NCBI GenBank assembly: GCA_965261085.1
Contig: OZ253442.1
Location: forward strand, 2,816,001 to 2,880,000
Source of the DNA: a bacterium
GTDB taxonomy: Bacteria; UBA8248
Reading direction: 5' to 3'
Length of the DNA: 64,000 nucleotides
The notes under the pieces were generated by a model. That model had not been told where the DNA came from, did no database searches, and saw nothing but the letters and a program-made list of their open reading frames with translations. Shown one piece after another: positions 36,330 through 46,273 of the stretch (the first letter of the stretch is position 1; every line of letters starts with the position of its first letter). The translations under genes were made by a program, and so were the position numbers.

Positions 36330-37323
36330 ACGCTCTCTGGCAGGCGTCCGTGGCGAAGAGCTTCGCCATACCGGCTTCGAGGTCGCACCGCACGCCCTCG
36401 TCTTTCATGCGCGCCGCGCGGTAAGTGAGTTGGCGGGCCGCCTCCAGGGTGGTCGCCATGTCGGCAAGCTTTATCTGGATAGCCTGATGCTCGACGATGG
36501 GCTTGCCCATGCTCTTTCTCTGCTGCGCGTATTTGAGCGAATCCTCAAAACAAGCGGCATGAAGCCCCGCAGCCCTAGCAGCCACCTGAATGCGCCCCAA
36601 TTCCAGAGCCGCCATGAGCTGATGAAATCCCCTATTCTCTTCTCCTATCAAACAAGAGGTCGGAACCGGGCAGTCATCAAAAACCAGTTCTCCCGTTCGA
36701 AGGCCCTTATAGCCCATCTTGTCCAGATGTCGGCTTGCGCTGAAGCCGGGCAGATTCCTGTCCATGAGGATACAGCTAATCCCTCGGGTGGGTTTTTCCG
36801 CTTTGGGATTTGTGCGAACCATGATCGCAAAATGCGTCGCATTCTCACTGTTGGTGATGAACATTTTGGAACCGTTGATGATGTATTCCTGCCCTTCCCG
36901 GCGGGCGGAAGTCCTCAAAGCCGCGACGTCGGAGCCGCCATCCGCCTCTGTGATGCCGATGCCGAAACGCATTTCCCCTTCAGCCACCTGGGGGAGCCAC
37001 TCCTGGCGCTGCTCGTCGTTGCCGAATTCGTTGATCATCCATCCCACCATCGAATGACTACCAAGCACGCCCGTCAAGCTCATCCAGCCCCGCGCCAATT
37101 CTTCGGTCAAAACCGTAAAACTCATCGCATCCATCTCGCTGCCGCCATAGCACTCCGGCACAAGCGCGCCGAAATACCCCAGTTCTTTCATCCGATCGAC
37201 CAGGGGATGGGGGTATTCGTCTTTATGCTCATACTCGCTGGCGACGGGAATGACTTCCTGGTTCACAAATTGACGGACACTGCTTTGCAGCGCGGATTGA
37301 AACTCACTCAACTGAACATCCAT
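36169..37323 (-). CDS. Acyl-CoA dehydrogenase
   Basis: ITEADGGSD, INGSKMFITN, KMG, R..MGKPI..HQAIQ, HGGYGY..E..ERYYRD, EGT..IQ. Confidence 0.95.
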   Translation of the reverse strand: MDVQLSEFQSALQSSVRQFVNQEVIPVASEYEHKDEYPHPLVDRMKELGYFGALVPECYGGSEMDAMSFTVLTEELARGWMSLTGVLGSHSMVGWMINEFGNDEQRQEWLPQVAEGEMRFGIGITEADGGSDVAALRTSARREGQEYIINGSKMFITNSENATHFAIMVRTNPKAEKPTRGISCILMDRNLPGFSASRHLDKMGYKGLRTGELVFDDCPVPTSCLIGEENRGFHQLMAALELGRIQVAARAAGLHAACFEDSLKYAQQRKSMGKPIVEHQAIQIKLADMATTLEAARQLTYRAARMKDEGVRCDLEAGMAKLFATDACQRASEAAVHIHGGYGYIKELPIERYYRDSILLQVGEGTNDIQRMVIARRLVEKYPA

Positions 37324-37367
37324 TGCTTACTCCTAGAATCGCGTACGGTAATGATTCACATCCGTTA

Positions 37368-37709
37368 TCAACCAAACAACGAAAGCCCGCTCAGTCCCTC
37401 TGGTATCAAAAGCCGCTCCACGGGCTCGCCATTTTCCAAATGTTTTTCCACGATATCTTCAGCGTCCTCCGGCCTCACGCCACCATACCAGACATTATCG
37501 GGCATCACGCAAACAACCGCTCCGTTCTCGCAAACATCCATGCAACTTGTCGCGAGTATGCGCGCACGCCCTTTGAGGTTTTTCTCTTCCAAAAGGGATT
37601 TCATCCGCTCCCGGACCTCCAGGGAACCGCAGTTGGTGCAACTTCCCTTGGGGTGATCCGGCGCGCGCTCATTCGTGCATACCAATACATAGCGCTTTTG
37701 CCTGAACAT
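37368..37709 (-). CDS. Thioredoxin-like [2Fe-2S] ferredoxin
   Basis: VCTNER....KGSC, SCMDVC, PDNVWY. Confidence 0.88.
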   Translation of the reverse strand: MFRQKRYVLVCTNERAPDHPKGSCTNCGSLEVRERMKSLLEEKNLKGRARILATSCMDVCENGAVVCVMPDNVWYGGVRPEDAEDIVEKHLENGEPVERLLIPEGLSGLSLFG

Positions 37710-37927
37710 TTTCTCTACCCCGGGGACTGATGATGAAACGGATATCCAGCATTTCCCATAACGGTACGGGAGTTATCCGTTACTTTCTTTCGAACATCGT
37801 ATGGAAGCTAACATTTATGAAGCATCCCTTCAATCAGAATCTCCTTTTTCTTTGCTTGTATTGAAGCTGTGAAACAGCATAATATATTGTTGTTGGGCTA
37901 TACGTTCTCTTTAATGGGAAAGCGAAT

Positions 37928-38704
37928 ATGTCTCTCGAATCACCTGAAGATCGACCCAAGCGCGTCTTGTTCTTCGCCACGTGCCTGGTGGATCAGTTTT
38001 TCCCTGAAGCTGGCGAGGCGACCGTTCATTTACTCGAAAGCGCGGATATCGAGGTGATTTATCCTGAAGGGCTCACCTGTTGTGGACTTCCTCACTTCAA
38101 CAACGGCTTCAGGGCGGAAGCGAGAAAAACTCTCGAAACCCAATTGCATCTACTGGAGGGCGACATTCCGATTATCGCCCCCTCGGGCTCTTGCGGCTGG
38201 ATGCTCAAATGCGTTTTGCCCACATTGTTTACGGACGACCCGTGGGCGCGGGAAAAAGCCGCGCAAATCGCCGGGCGGGTAATCGAGTTATCCCAATTCC
38301 TGTGCAAGATAAAGATGAGTGATTTCGGTACTACGCTTCCCGGGAAGACTGTGTATCACGACTCGTGTCACCTTCTCCGCGGAATGGGAGAAAATCAAAC
38401 CCCCCGCCAATGTCTCGATCTCGTAGCGGAAAACCGGGAAGAATTGCCAAATTCCGATCGTTGCTGTGGGTTTGGCGGCTCGTTTTGCGTCAAATTTCCA
38501 GAAGTCTCGTGCGCGATGCTTGAAGACAAGATCAAGTCCGCCGAAACAATCGACGCGAATTGGCTCGTGGCAGCCGATGCCGGGTGCATGCTCCAAATAG
38601 CGGGCGGATTGTCCAGGCGCGACAGCAAAATCAAACTCCTTCATCTTGCCCAGGCCCTCGCCGGACCAAACAACCCGGGCTGGCCCGAGGAATATCGGCT
38701 TTGA
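37928..38704 (+). CDS. lutA: LutA/LldE/YkgE cysteine-rich (CCG) lactate utilization protein
   Basis: FATCLVD, TCCG.P, PSGSC, YHDSCH, CCGFGGSF, DAGC. Confidence 0.88.
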   Translation: MSLESPEDRPKRVLFFATCLVDQFFPEAGEATVHLLESADIEVIYPEGLTCCGLPHFNNGFRAEARKTLETQLHLLEGDIPIIAPSGSCGWMLKCVLPTLFTDDPWAREKAAQIAGRVIELSQFLCKIKMSDFGTTLPGKTVYHDSCHLLRGMGENQTPRQCLDLVAENREELPNSDRCCGFGGSFCVKFPEVSCAMLEDKIKSAETIDANWLVAADAGCMLQIAGGLSRRDSKIKLLHLAQALAGPNNPGWPEEYRL

Positions 38705-40821
38705 ATACAACCTTTAATCAGCGCGCAAATTCCGCCTTGGTGAATATCCCTCTGCAGGAAGCTCTTCAAGCGGCTACGGGCAAATTCGCCAACCTGCGCG
38801 CTCAGGCATTCGAGTCGACCGCCGCTCCTCTCGCCTTGCGGGCGAAGGCGAGAGAAATTCGAAGGAAAACATTTGATGAGATCGATATACACCTGGAAAC
38901 CTTGTTCAAAAACCTGAAAAACCTCGGTGTGCACATCCATCCGGCAGACGATGCAGAATCCGCAAAGCGAATCGTTCTGGACATCGCCCGCAAACACGGA
39001 GTCAAGACAGTCGTCAAGAGCAAATCCATGGCGTCCGAGGAGATTCACCTGAATCAGGCGTTGGAGGCCGCCGGCATCACCCCATACGAGACGGACTTGG
39101 GCGAATGGATACTTCAACTGGCCAACGAAACGCCAAGCCACCTCGTAGCCCCGGCCATTCACAAGACATTAAAACAAGTCCAAGACCTTTTTCGCGAAAA
39201 AGTAGATCCCAACTCCGGCTCAGACCCACAGGAACTCACATCAATCGCCCGAGAGAAGCTCAGAACGGAATTCATGCGCGCGGGCATGGGAATCAGCGGC
39301 GTGAATTTCGCCGTGGCGGAAACCGGAACGCTTTGTCTCGTCACGAACGAGGGAAACGGGCGACTCGTCACCACCCTACCCAAAGTCCACGTCGCCATAA
39401 TGGGGTTCGAAAAAGTGGTGCCCACGCTACGAGACACGCTTACGCTCCTCTCCGTACTCCCCCGCAGCGCAACGGGTCAAAAACTCACCAGCTATTTCAC
39501 CATGCTCACCGGGCCGAGGAGAGAAAACGAGGCGGACGGACCCGATGAGGTTCACCTCGTGCTCCTTGATGGAGGACGCTCCAGGCATCTCGGCACGCCA
39601 TTTCAGGAAGCATTTCATTGTATCCGCTGCGGGGCTTGTCAAAACGCCTGCCCAGTCTTCCAGACGGTCGGCGGCCATACATACGACTCTGTATACGGCG
39701 GACCAATCGGCTCGATCTTGAGTCCCATGCTCCGCGGCCTCGAAGTCTCCGGAGAGCTCCCCGCGGCATCGAGTCTATGCGGCGCCTGTATGGACGCCTG
39801 TCCCGTTTTTGTTGACATTCCTCGCATGTTGCTGGAGATGAGAGAGGCGAGAACGGCCAAGAAAAATAACGCTTTTTTCGAGAGGTTCTCGTTTCGCTTG
39901 CTTGGCATGGCGATGCGCAAACCCTTCATCTGGGAGATGGGTTTCAAGACAGCCTCTATTTTTTCAAGATTCATGAATACACAAACAGCCGCTTGGCTGC
40001 CGGGACCTCTCGGCGCCTGGGCGCAGGGGCGCGAACTTCCCAAAATTGCGAAAAAAAGTTTCCGAGCGCGCTGGCGGGAGCAAAAACGAGGGGTCACCGG
40101 TTCGTCTGCAACGCTGTCTGACATTTCGCGAACGGACAGCCCGGATGCGATTGTCGAAAAAACACATCATGCCCTGGAGTCGGCCCACGGATTATCGCAC
40201 GGGAGCTTCGAAGCCCCCGAGGGCCCATTGCCGGAAATCACCGTCCCTGACACCGCCGCTCGTTTCTCCACGGAGTTTGAGGCAATAGCGAATCCCGTTC
40301 ATCACCCGAATTCCATGGAAGACGTTCGAGAATATGTCCTCAACCTGGCGGCCAAGTGGAAAAAATTTCCTGTCGCTGTCAGTGATGGCCTGCCGATTGA
40401 AGTAGCCGGCTGGCTTATGGATGAAGGTTTTGACGTGATTTCGCCAGCGAATGACGGGGATAACCGAGACGCCATCGCCCGGTGTGGAATCGGAATCACG
40501 GGCTGCGACTGGGCCATTGCAGAAACGGGCAGTATTGTCTTACGGAGCGGGCCGGGCCATCCGCGTCTTCATTCCCTGTTGCCGGAAACACACTTAGCCC
40601 TCATTCCCGAAAAGAGTATATTGCCTCATATTTCCTCGCTGGGGCCTGAACTCGAAAGAGTCCTTACGCCAGAAGAAGGCGCCTCTCCCAGTTGCGTCAA
40701 TATCATCACAGGGCCCAGTCGATCGGCCGACATCGCCCTGACGCTCATCAAAGGTGTGCATGGCCCGCGCGATGTTTTCGCCATTATCATTCCCGCTACT
40801 CTCAACGCAGAGAATCCCTAG
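38701..40821 (+). CDS. Fused LutB-LutC (LldF-LldG) lactate utilization protein
   Basis: KSKSM..EEI, ETDLGE, CIRCGACQNACP, SSLCGACMDACP, then a LUD domain IAETGSI...ITGPSRSADI...GVHGP. Confidence 0.88.
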   Translation: MNTTFNQRANSALVNIPLQEALQAATGKFANLRAQAFESTAAPLALRAKAREIRRKTFDEIDIHLETLFKNLKNLGVHIHPADDAESAKRIVLDIARKHGVKTVVKSKSMASEEIHLNQALEAAGITPYETDLGEWILQLANETPSHLVAPAIHKTLKQVQDLFREKVDPNSGSDPQELTSIAREKLRTEFMRAGMGISGVNFAVAETGTLCLVTNEGNGRLVTTLPKVHVAIMGFEKVVPTLRDTLTLLSVLPRSATGQKLTSYFTMLTGPRRENEADGPDEVHLVLLDGGRSRHLGTPFQEAFHCIRCGACQNACPVFQTVGGHTYDSVYGGPIGSILSPMLRGLEVSGELPAASSLCGACMDACPVFVDIPRMLLEMREARTAKKNNAFFERFSFRLLGMAMRKPFIWEMGFKTASIFSRFMNTQTAAWLPGPLGAWAQGRELPKIAKKSFRARWREQKRGVTGSSATLSDISRTDSPDAIVEKTHHALESAHGLSHGSFEAPEGPLPEITVPDTAARFSTEFEAIANPVHHPNSMEDVREYVLNLAAKWKKFPVAVSDGLPIEVAGWLMDEGFDVISPANDGDNRDAIARCGIGITGCDWAIAETGSIVLRSGPGHPRLHSLLPETHLALIPEKSILPHISSLGPELERVLTPEEGASPSCVNIITGPSRSADIALTLIKGVHGPRDVFAIIIPATLNAENP

Positions 40822-40926
40822 GGCGCATTTGTTCGAAGAGAAGGAACAATTGCGTTCCCCGGAAAATAAATTATTCATCTTCATACGAGCAAGAAACCGG
40901 TTTGTCAGATTCCGTACTACTCGAAT

Positions 40927-42339
40927 CTAGATGTCGTAATAGAGGGTAAATTCATGTGGGTGCGGACGCAGGCGAATCGCATCCACCTCCTCTATACGCT
41001 TGTATTCAATCCAGTTGTCGATGACATCCTTCGTAAACACATCGCCTTTCAACAAGAACTCGTTGTCCGCTTCAAGCGCATCCAATGCCTCGGGCAGGCT
41101 TCCGGGTGTTTGCGCCACACCACTTCGCTCCTCGGGTCCGAGATCGTAGAGGTTCTTGTCGATAGGTTCGGGCGGCATAATTTTATTTTGGATGCCGTCC
41201 AGGCCGGCCATCAACATCGCGGAGAAGGCCATATAGGGGTTGCATGAAGGATCCGGGCAGCGGAACTCGACTCTCTTGGCCTTCTCGCTCGAAGAATACA
41301 TCGGAATACGCACACATGCGCTTCTGTTGCGGCAGCTATACATCAGGTTGATGGGTGCCTCATAGCCCGGCACAAGACGACGATAGCTGTTCGTTGTCGG
41401 GTTGGTGAAAGCCAGTAATGCAGGCGCATGCTTCAACAAGCCACCGATGTAGTAAAGAGCATCCGGGCTCAGGTCGCCATAGGTTCCCGCTCTATACATG
41501 ATATTCGTATCGCCCTTCCAGATGCTCTGATGGACATGCATCCCGGTGCCGTTGTCAAGAAATACAGGTTTCGGCATGAAAGTCGCCGTTTTGCCATGTT
41601 TTCTGGCGACGTTCTTGACGATGTACTTATACTTCATCAGTTTATCCGCCGTGGTCAGCAAGGTATCGAATCTAATATCGATTTCACACTGCCCGGCGGA
41701 GGCCACTTCATGATGGTGCACTTCACACTCGACCCCACATGCCAGCATTTCCAGCATCATTTCCGAACGAACGTCCTGGAGCGTATCGTTGGGCGGCAAG
41801 GGGAAATAACCTTCTTTGTAGCGGTTCTTATGGCCGAGGTTGGGATCTTCATTGGCGCCCGTATTCCAGGCCGCCTCACATGAATCTACCTCGTAGAAGG
41901 CGTGATTTTCCGAGCCCGAGTAACGCACGTCGTCGAACACAAAAAACTCGGCTTCGGGGCCAAAATAGGCGACATCCCCGATGCCCGTAGATTTCATGTA
42001 TTGTTCCGCTTTAAGAGCGATGTAACGTGGGTCGCGTTCGTAGAGTTCGAGCGTAATAGGATCCTTGATGTCACAGATGAGAACCAGGGTCGGAATTTTC
42101 ATGAATGGATCCATGAACGCGGTCGTCGGATCCGGAATGAGAAGCATATCGCTCTGATCGATACTTTTAAATCCCCGGATGCTCGAACCGTCGAAACCGA
42201 CGCCTTCCTCGAAGGTATCCTCATCGAGCGTACTGATGTGTGCTGAGAAATGCTGCCACATACCAGGCATATCTATGAAACGATAGTCAACTATTTTAGC
42301 GCCACTTTCCTTAGCCAGCTTTATGACATCTGCAACCAT
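40927..42339 (-). CDS. glnA: Glutamine synthetase type I
   Basis: [43 protein letters not shown], adenylylation site NLYDL. Confidence 0.97.
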   Translation of the reverse strand: MVADVIKLAKESGAKIVDYRFIDMPGMWQHFSAHISTLDEDTFEEGVGFDGSSIRGFKSIDQSDMLLIPDPTTAFMDPFMKIPTLVLICDIKDPITLELYERDPRYIALKAEQYMKSTGIGDVAYFGPEAEFFVFDDVRYSGSENHAFYEVDSCEAAWNTGANEDPNLGHKNRYKEGYFPLPPNDTLQDVRSEMMLEMLACGVECEVHHHEVASAGQCEIDIRFDTLLTTADKLMKYKYIVKNVARKHGKTATFMPKPVFLDNGTGMHVHQSIWKGDTNIMYRAGTYGDLSPDALYYIGGLLKHAPALLAFTNPTTNSYRRLVPGYEAPINLMYSCRNRSACVRIPMYSSSEKAKRVEFRCPDPSCNPYMAFSAMLMAGLDGIQNKIMPPEPIDKNLYDLGPEERSGVAQTPGSLPEALDALEADNEFLLKGDVFTKDVIDNWIEYKRIEEVDAIRLRPHPHEFTLYYDI

Positions 42340-42421
42340 CTGTTACACCTCCATGCGGAATTGCGGTTTTGCGGGAAATGTTCGACACAAAACCAGGATT
42401 TGTTCAGCCCATTAGGCTTTG

Positions 42422-45163
42422 TTATGACACGATGGCACCTATCGGGCGCCCTTCTTCAAGAATTTCGCTCAGATGTGCGCACAACTCCTTAAGTCTCCTT
42501 GTATCCTCGATTTTTTCACCACTATCTTCCGTGATATAAAAAGCGTCTACTGCGCATTGGCCCTCCGTGGTGATTTTGGCCCGTGAGATAGATATCCCCT
42601 CATGCACAAAGAATTGCGCAATTTGAGCCAGCAGGCCGTGCCGGTCCGGTGCAACAACTTCTAGAACCGTCGCATCCTCACTCGCAGTCTGGTCGAATTC
42701 TACAAGTATCGGCAAATCGAACGACATCCGTTTTTTCAGCCGTAGATATTTTTTGCTCCTGCCGAGAAATTCCAATAATTCCAGTTCGCCTGATAGCAAC
42801 TGCTCCAAGGATTTTCGGAATTTTTTCCAAAGACCTTCATCGACGACGGCCTTTCCCTCGGAATCTACTACCTCGAACGTATCTATTACCAAACCATCTT
42901 CGCGTGTATATACTTTCGCGTCCAAAATGTTGAGTTCGTACACCGCAAACGCGCCGGCTACAAGTGCGAACAAACCCAGTTGATCCTTGCACAACAGCGT
43001 CAAGAGTGTATTTCCCCGTTTTCTGCGATGCGTGATATCGATCTCGCATATTGTTTCATCTGAAAGACGGACTCCAAGCTCGATATGACGCAGGATATCT
43101 TGTGGTGGAGTTCCCATACGATATCTATCCGGCATGGACTCCATATGTCTGGCGATTTCCTCGCGCCCTATACGGCTTCCTCCCGCCCTCGCTTCCAAAC
43201 TTACCTGCTCTACAATGTCTTCCCTGCGCTTTTTCCTGTACAAATCCTCTCCCGTTTCCATTACCCTGAGCACCCGCTTGTACAATTCGTATATCAAAGC
43301 GCTTCGCCATTCATTCCAGATGCCGGGAGCAACGGCGGATATATCTGCATATGTCAAGAGATAAAGCATTTGGAGTCTTTCCACCGTCCCCATTTTATCG
43401 GCGAAATTGCTGATCAAGACAGGATCGTCGATATCACGTCTTTCAGCCGTGATGCTCATTTCAATATGGCAAGCCACTAAAAATTCGATGATGCTCCCCT
43501 GATCCGCCGGCAGACCCATGCGCATAATGATATCGGGAAGCGCAGATGAACTCTTATGCACATGCCTCGGTCCTCTCGCTTTTCCAATATCGTGAAACAA
43601 AAGCGCAAGCCTCAATATATTCGTACGTTCCATCTCTCTATGGATATAGGCCACATGCTGCAAGGATACATCTTTCGTATATGTAAGCTCATCCAATGCA
43701 GCTAACGTCAACAAAGTATGCTCATCCGCTGTATACCGATGATAGTGATCGTACTGAACAAAACATGTCAGAGGTTCAAACTCGGGGATATAACACCCCA
43801 GCAAACCTAGGCCGTGCATTTCGTGCATAGTGGTCGTCACACCGGCTTTGCCATTCAATATCCGCAAGAAGCTGTCCCTTACGTCAGGCGAAGCGCGAAA
43901 ATTGTCATCGACAGTATCCAGGTGGGCTCGAACAAAGTTTCTCACATTCGGCGATAAGCGACACCCGAAACGATACTGACACTCGAATATTTTCATTAAG
44001 CCTGTAGGGGTTTCAAGTATTGCTCGAGAATTAGACTCATCCAGCACAAGCGTATGATAGTCCTGCAAAGCCAATCCATTTTTCAGGGGCTGGAGCTTCG
44101 GTTTTCTATTGACCCATCTTCTGCTCTTCAGATGGTCTTCAAGGGTTTCAAAAAAATCACGGCAAAAAATATGCAGGTCCCTGGCATGTAAGAAGTAGTC
44201 ACGCATCAAACATTCACTAGCCAATGCGCTTTCCTCATCTTCATAACCTAATGCAGGAGCGATCTCCGCTTGGGCTGGGAAGTTTAGCGTATCGTTTTTA
44301 GCTTTTGCGCGTACATGCAGTTGAGCACGTATCCGAAGAAGAAAATCATACGCTTTCATTGCTTTTTGGAACTCTGCTTGTGGCACCCAACCCTTACGCC
44401 ATATCTCATCCATTTCTTTAAGGCCGAAAGCCTTAGCCAACCAGCAAACAGCATGGAAATCCCGCAAGCCCCCGGCACTTTCTTTCACGTTGGGCTCAAG
44501 GACATAAACCGACGGATCCCATGAGCGATATCGCCTCATTCGTTCTTCAAGTCGATTTCGAAGGTGCGAACTTTTCGCAACACGCTGCAGGTAACCATCG
44601 AATTTCTTATTGAATTCTCGAAAAACTTCATCGCTGCCCGCCAATAATCGATTTTCCAACATGGCGGTTTCGCTTTGGTAATCTTCCTTGGCAATTTTCA
44701 GACAATTGGAAATGGTTCTGGCACTATGACCTATTGTAAGACCTGCATCCCACATGAGATACAAGACAGAGCGTATCAATTCGCTGATTTGCCCCTCATG
44801 CCCAGAAAACAAAAACAGTAGATCGATATCCGAACCAGGAGACAATTCCCCCCGTCCATATCCACCAATGGCAACTAAAGCACATGGAAACGCCTGATCG
44901 GTATTGCCGGACTTTCTTCTTTCTCCCTCTAAAGCGTAAGTATAGACCTGAAAAATATACACATCTATAAAATTTGCATGCGCTTCACATAACTCATATC
45001 CACCCGCACCCTCATGCTGCGCATTGCATATATACTCTCCGGCCTGCGCGTAAGCCTCTTTGATATAGCGGAGAAAAACGCTTCGCCCCCAGCCACCAGC
45101 AGCAAAAGTTGTTTCCCGAATATCGTTTTGAAGTTTTAATAGATTATTGAGAGATGGTGTCAT
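42422..45163 (-). CDS. glnD: [Protein-PII] uridylyltransferase
   Basis: GGYGRGELSPGSDIDL, EPNVKESAGGLRD, YHRYTADEH, HDIGK, two ACT domains. Confidence 0.95.
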   Translation of the reverse strand: MTPSLNNLLKLQNDIRETTFAAGGWGRSVFLRYIKEAYAQAGEYICNAQHEGAGGYELCEAHANFIDVYIFQVYTYALEGERRKSGNTDQAFPCALVAIGGYGRGELSPGSDIDLLFLFSGHEGQISELIRSVLYLMWDAGLTIGHSARTISNCLKIAKEDYQSETAMLENRLLAGSDEVFREFNKKFDGYLQRVAKSSHLRNRLEERMRRYRSWDPSVYVLEPNVKESAGGLRDFHAVCWLAKAFGLKEMDEIWRKGWVPQAEFQKAMKAYDFLLRIRAQLHVRAKAKNDTLNFPAQAEIAPALGYEDEESALASECLMRDYFLHARDLHIFCRDFFETLEDHLKSRRWVNRKPKLQPLKNGLALQDYHTLVLDESNSRAILETPTGLMKIFECQYRFGCRLSPNVRNFVRAHLDTVDDNFRASPDVRDSFLRILNGKAGVTTTMHEMHGLGLLGCYIPEFEPLTCFVQYDHYHRYTADEHTLLTLAALDELTYTKDVSLQHVAYIHREMERTNILRLALLFHDIGKARGPRHVHKSSSALPDIIMRMGLPADQGSIIEFLVACHIEMSITAERRDIDDPVLISNFADKMGTVERLQMLYLLTYADISAVAPGIWNEWRSALIYELYKRVLRVMETGEDLYRKKRREDIVEQVSLEARAGGSRIGREEIARHMESMPDRYRMGTPPQDILRHIELGVRLSDETICEIDITHRRKRGNTLLTLLCKDQLGLFALVAGAFAVYELNILDAKVYTREDGLVIDTFEVVDSEGKAVVDEGLWKKFRKSLEQLLSGELELLEFLGRSKKYLRLKKRMSFDLPILVEFDQTASEDATVLEVVAPDRHGLLAQIAQFFVHEGISISRAKITTEGQCAVDAFYITEDSGEKIEDTRRLKELCAHLSEILEEGRPIGAIVS

Positions 45164-45175
45164 CGGAAGATATCG

Positions 45176-45532
<357 letters not shown>

Positions 45533-45851
45533 TCAAGTGAAAGTTCTAATGGGATGATTTCCACCGACTATAACACGCCGCGTTTGGTCGTCAATCAATA
45601 AACCGCATGAATGACAGCTCCCTACTCTCTAAAACGCTGTTTTTACACCAACTATGTTTCCGTGGTGTTACATAGAGAGCATGAACGATTTCAGATGTTT
45701 GGCAAATCTCCGGAATTTCCTCGGTCCGCAACACAGAGCGGTTGCATCGTGCATGGCTTTTCCATACAATTCTTTTGCTTTTTTGAGAACTGACTATATG
45801 CGAGTTGATTTAAAGACCTTTTATTCGTTTTCAATGAGGATAGGCTAAGTA

Positions 45852-46172
45852 ATGGAATGTACTCTTTTAGAAGCAACTATAGAATGTCATTTTGCATCGA
45901 AAGGCCCCAATGGCCAAAATAAATGCTCATATAATGGGAGTTCCTGCTTACCCATCGTGGAGGAATGCCTTTCGGGTGATGATGAGAAAGCATGCGAGCA
46001 TATCTTGGAACTTCCAAAAGGAAAATTTTGCGCTAAATTCCCTAATCCGGAAAATCGCTGGGAGCGTGGCAGATGCCCCCTGGCAACGCATATCAAATTA
46101 GACTTTGAAGCCCCTCTAGAGAAGAAACTTAACCCACTGAAAGCTTCGAAACGAGCTGCAAGAGGTAATTAA
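45852..46172 (+). CDS. PxxKW-family cysteine-rich protein
   Basis: C.....C.PIVEEC...C...PENRW...CPLATH...KKLNPLKASKR. Confidence 0.8.
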   Translation: MECTLLEATIECHFASKGPNGQNKCSYNGSSCLPIVEECLSGDDEKACEHILELPKGKFCAKFPNPENRWERGRCPLATHIKLDFEAPLEKKLNPLKASKRAARGN

Positions 46173-46210
46173 CGAACAAATATCAAGAAATCGGCTCTGC
46201 TCCCCCTGTT

Positions 46211-46261
46211 CCTCAAAAAAACCACGCGCGCTCAAAGAGAGCGCGCGTGGTTTTTTTGAGG
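46211..46261. terminator. Bidirectional rho-independent terminator
   Basis: A-tract, CCACGCGCGCTC/GAGCGCGCGTGG stem, T-tract, between convergent genes. Confidence 0.9.
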
Positions 46262-46273
46262 AGCGCACGAACG

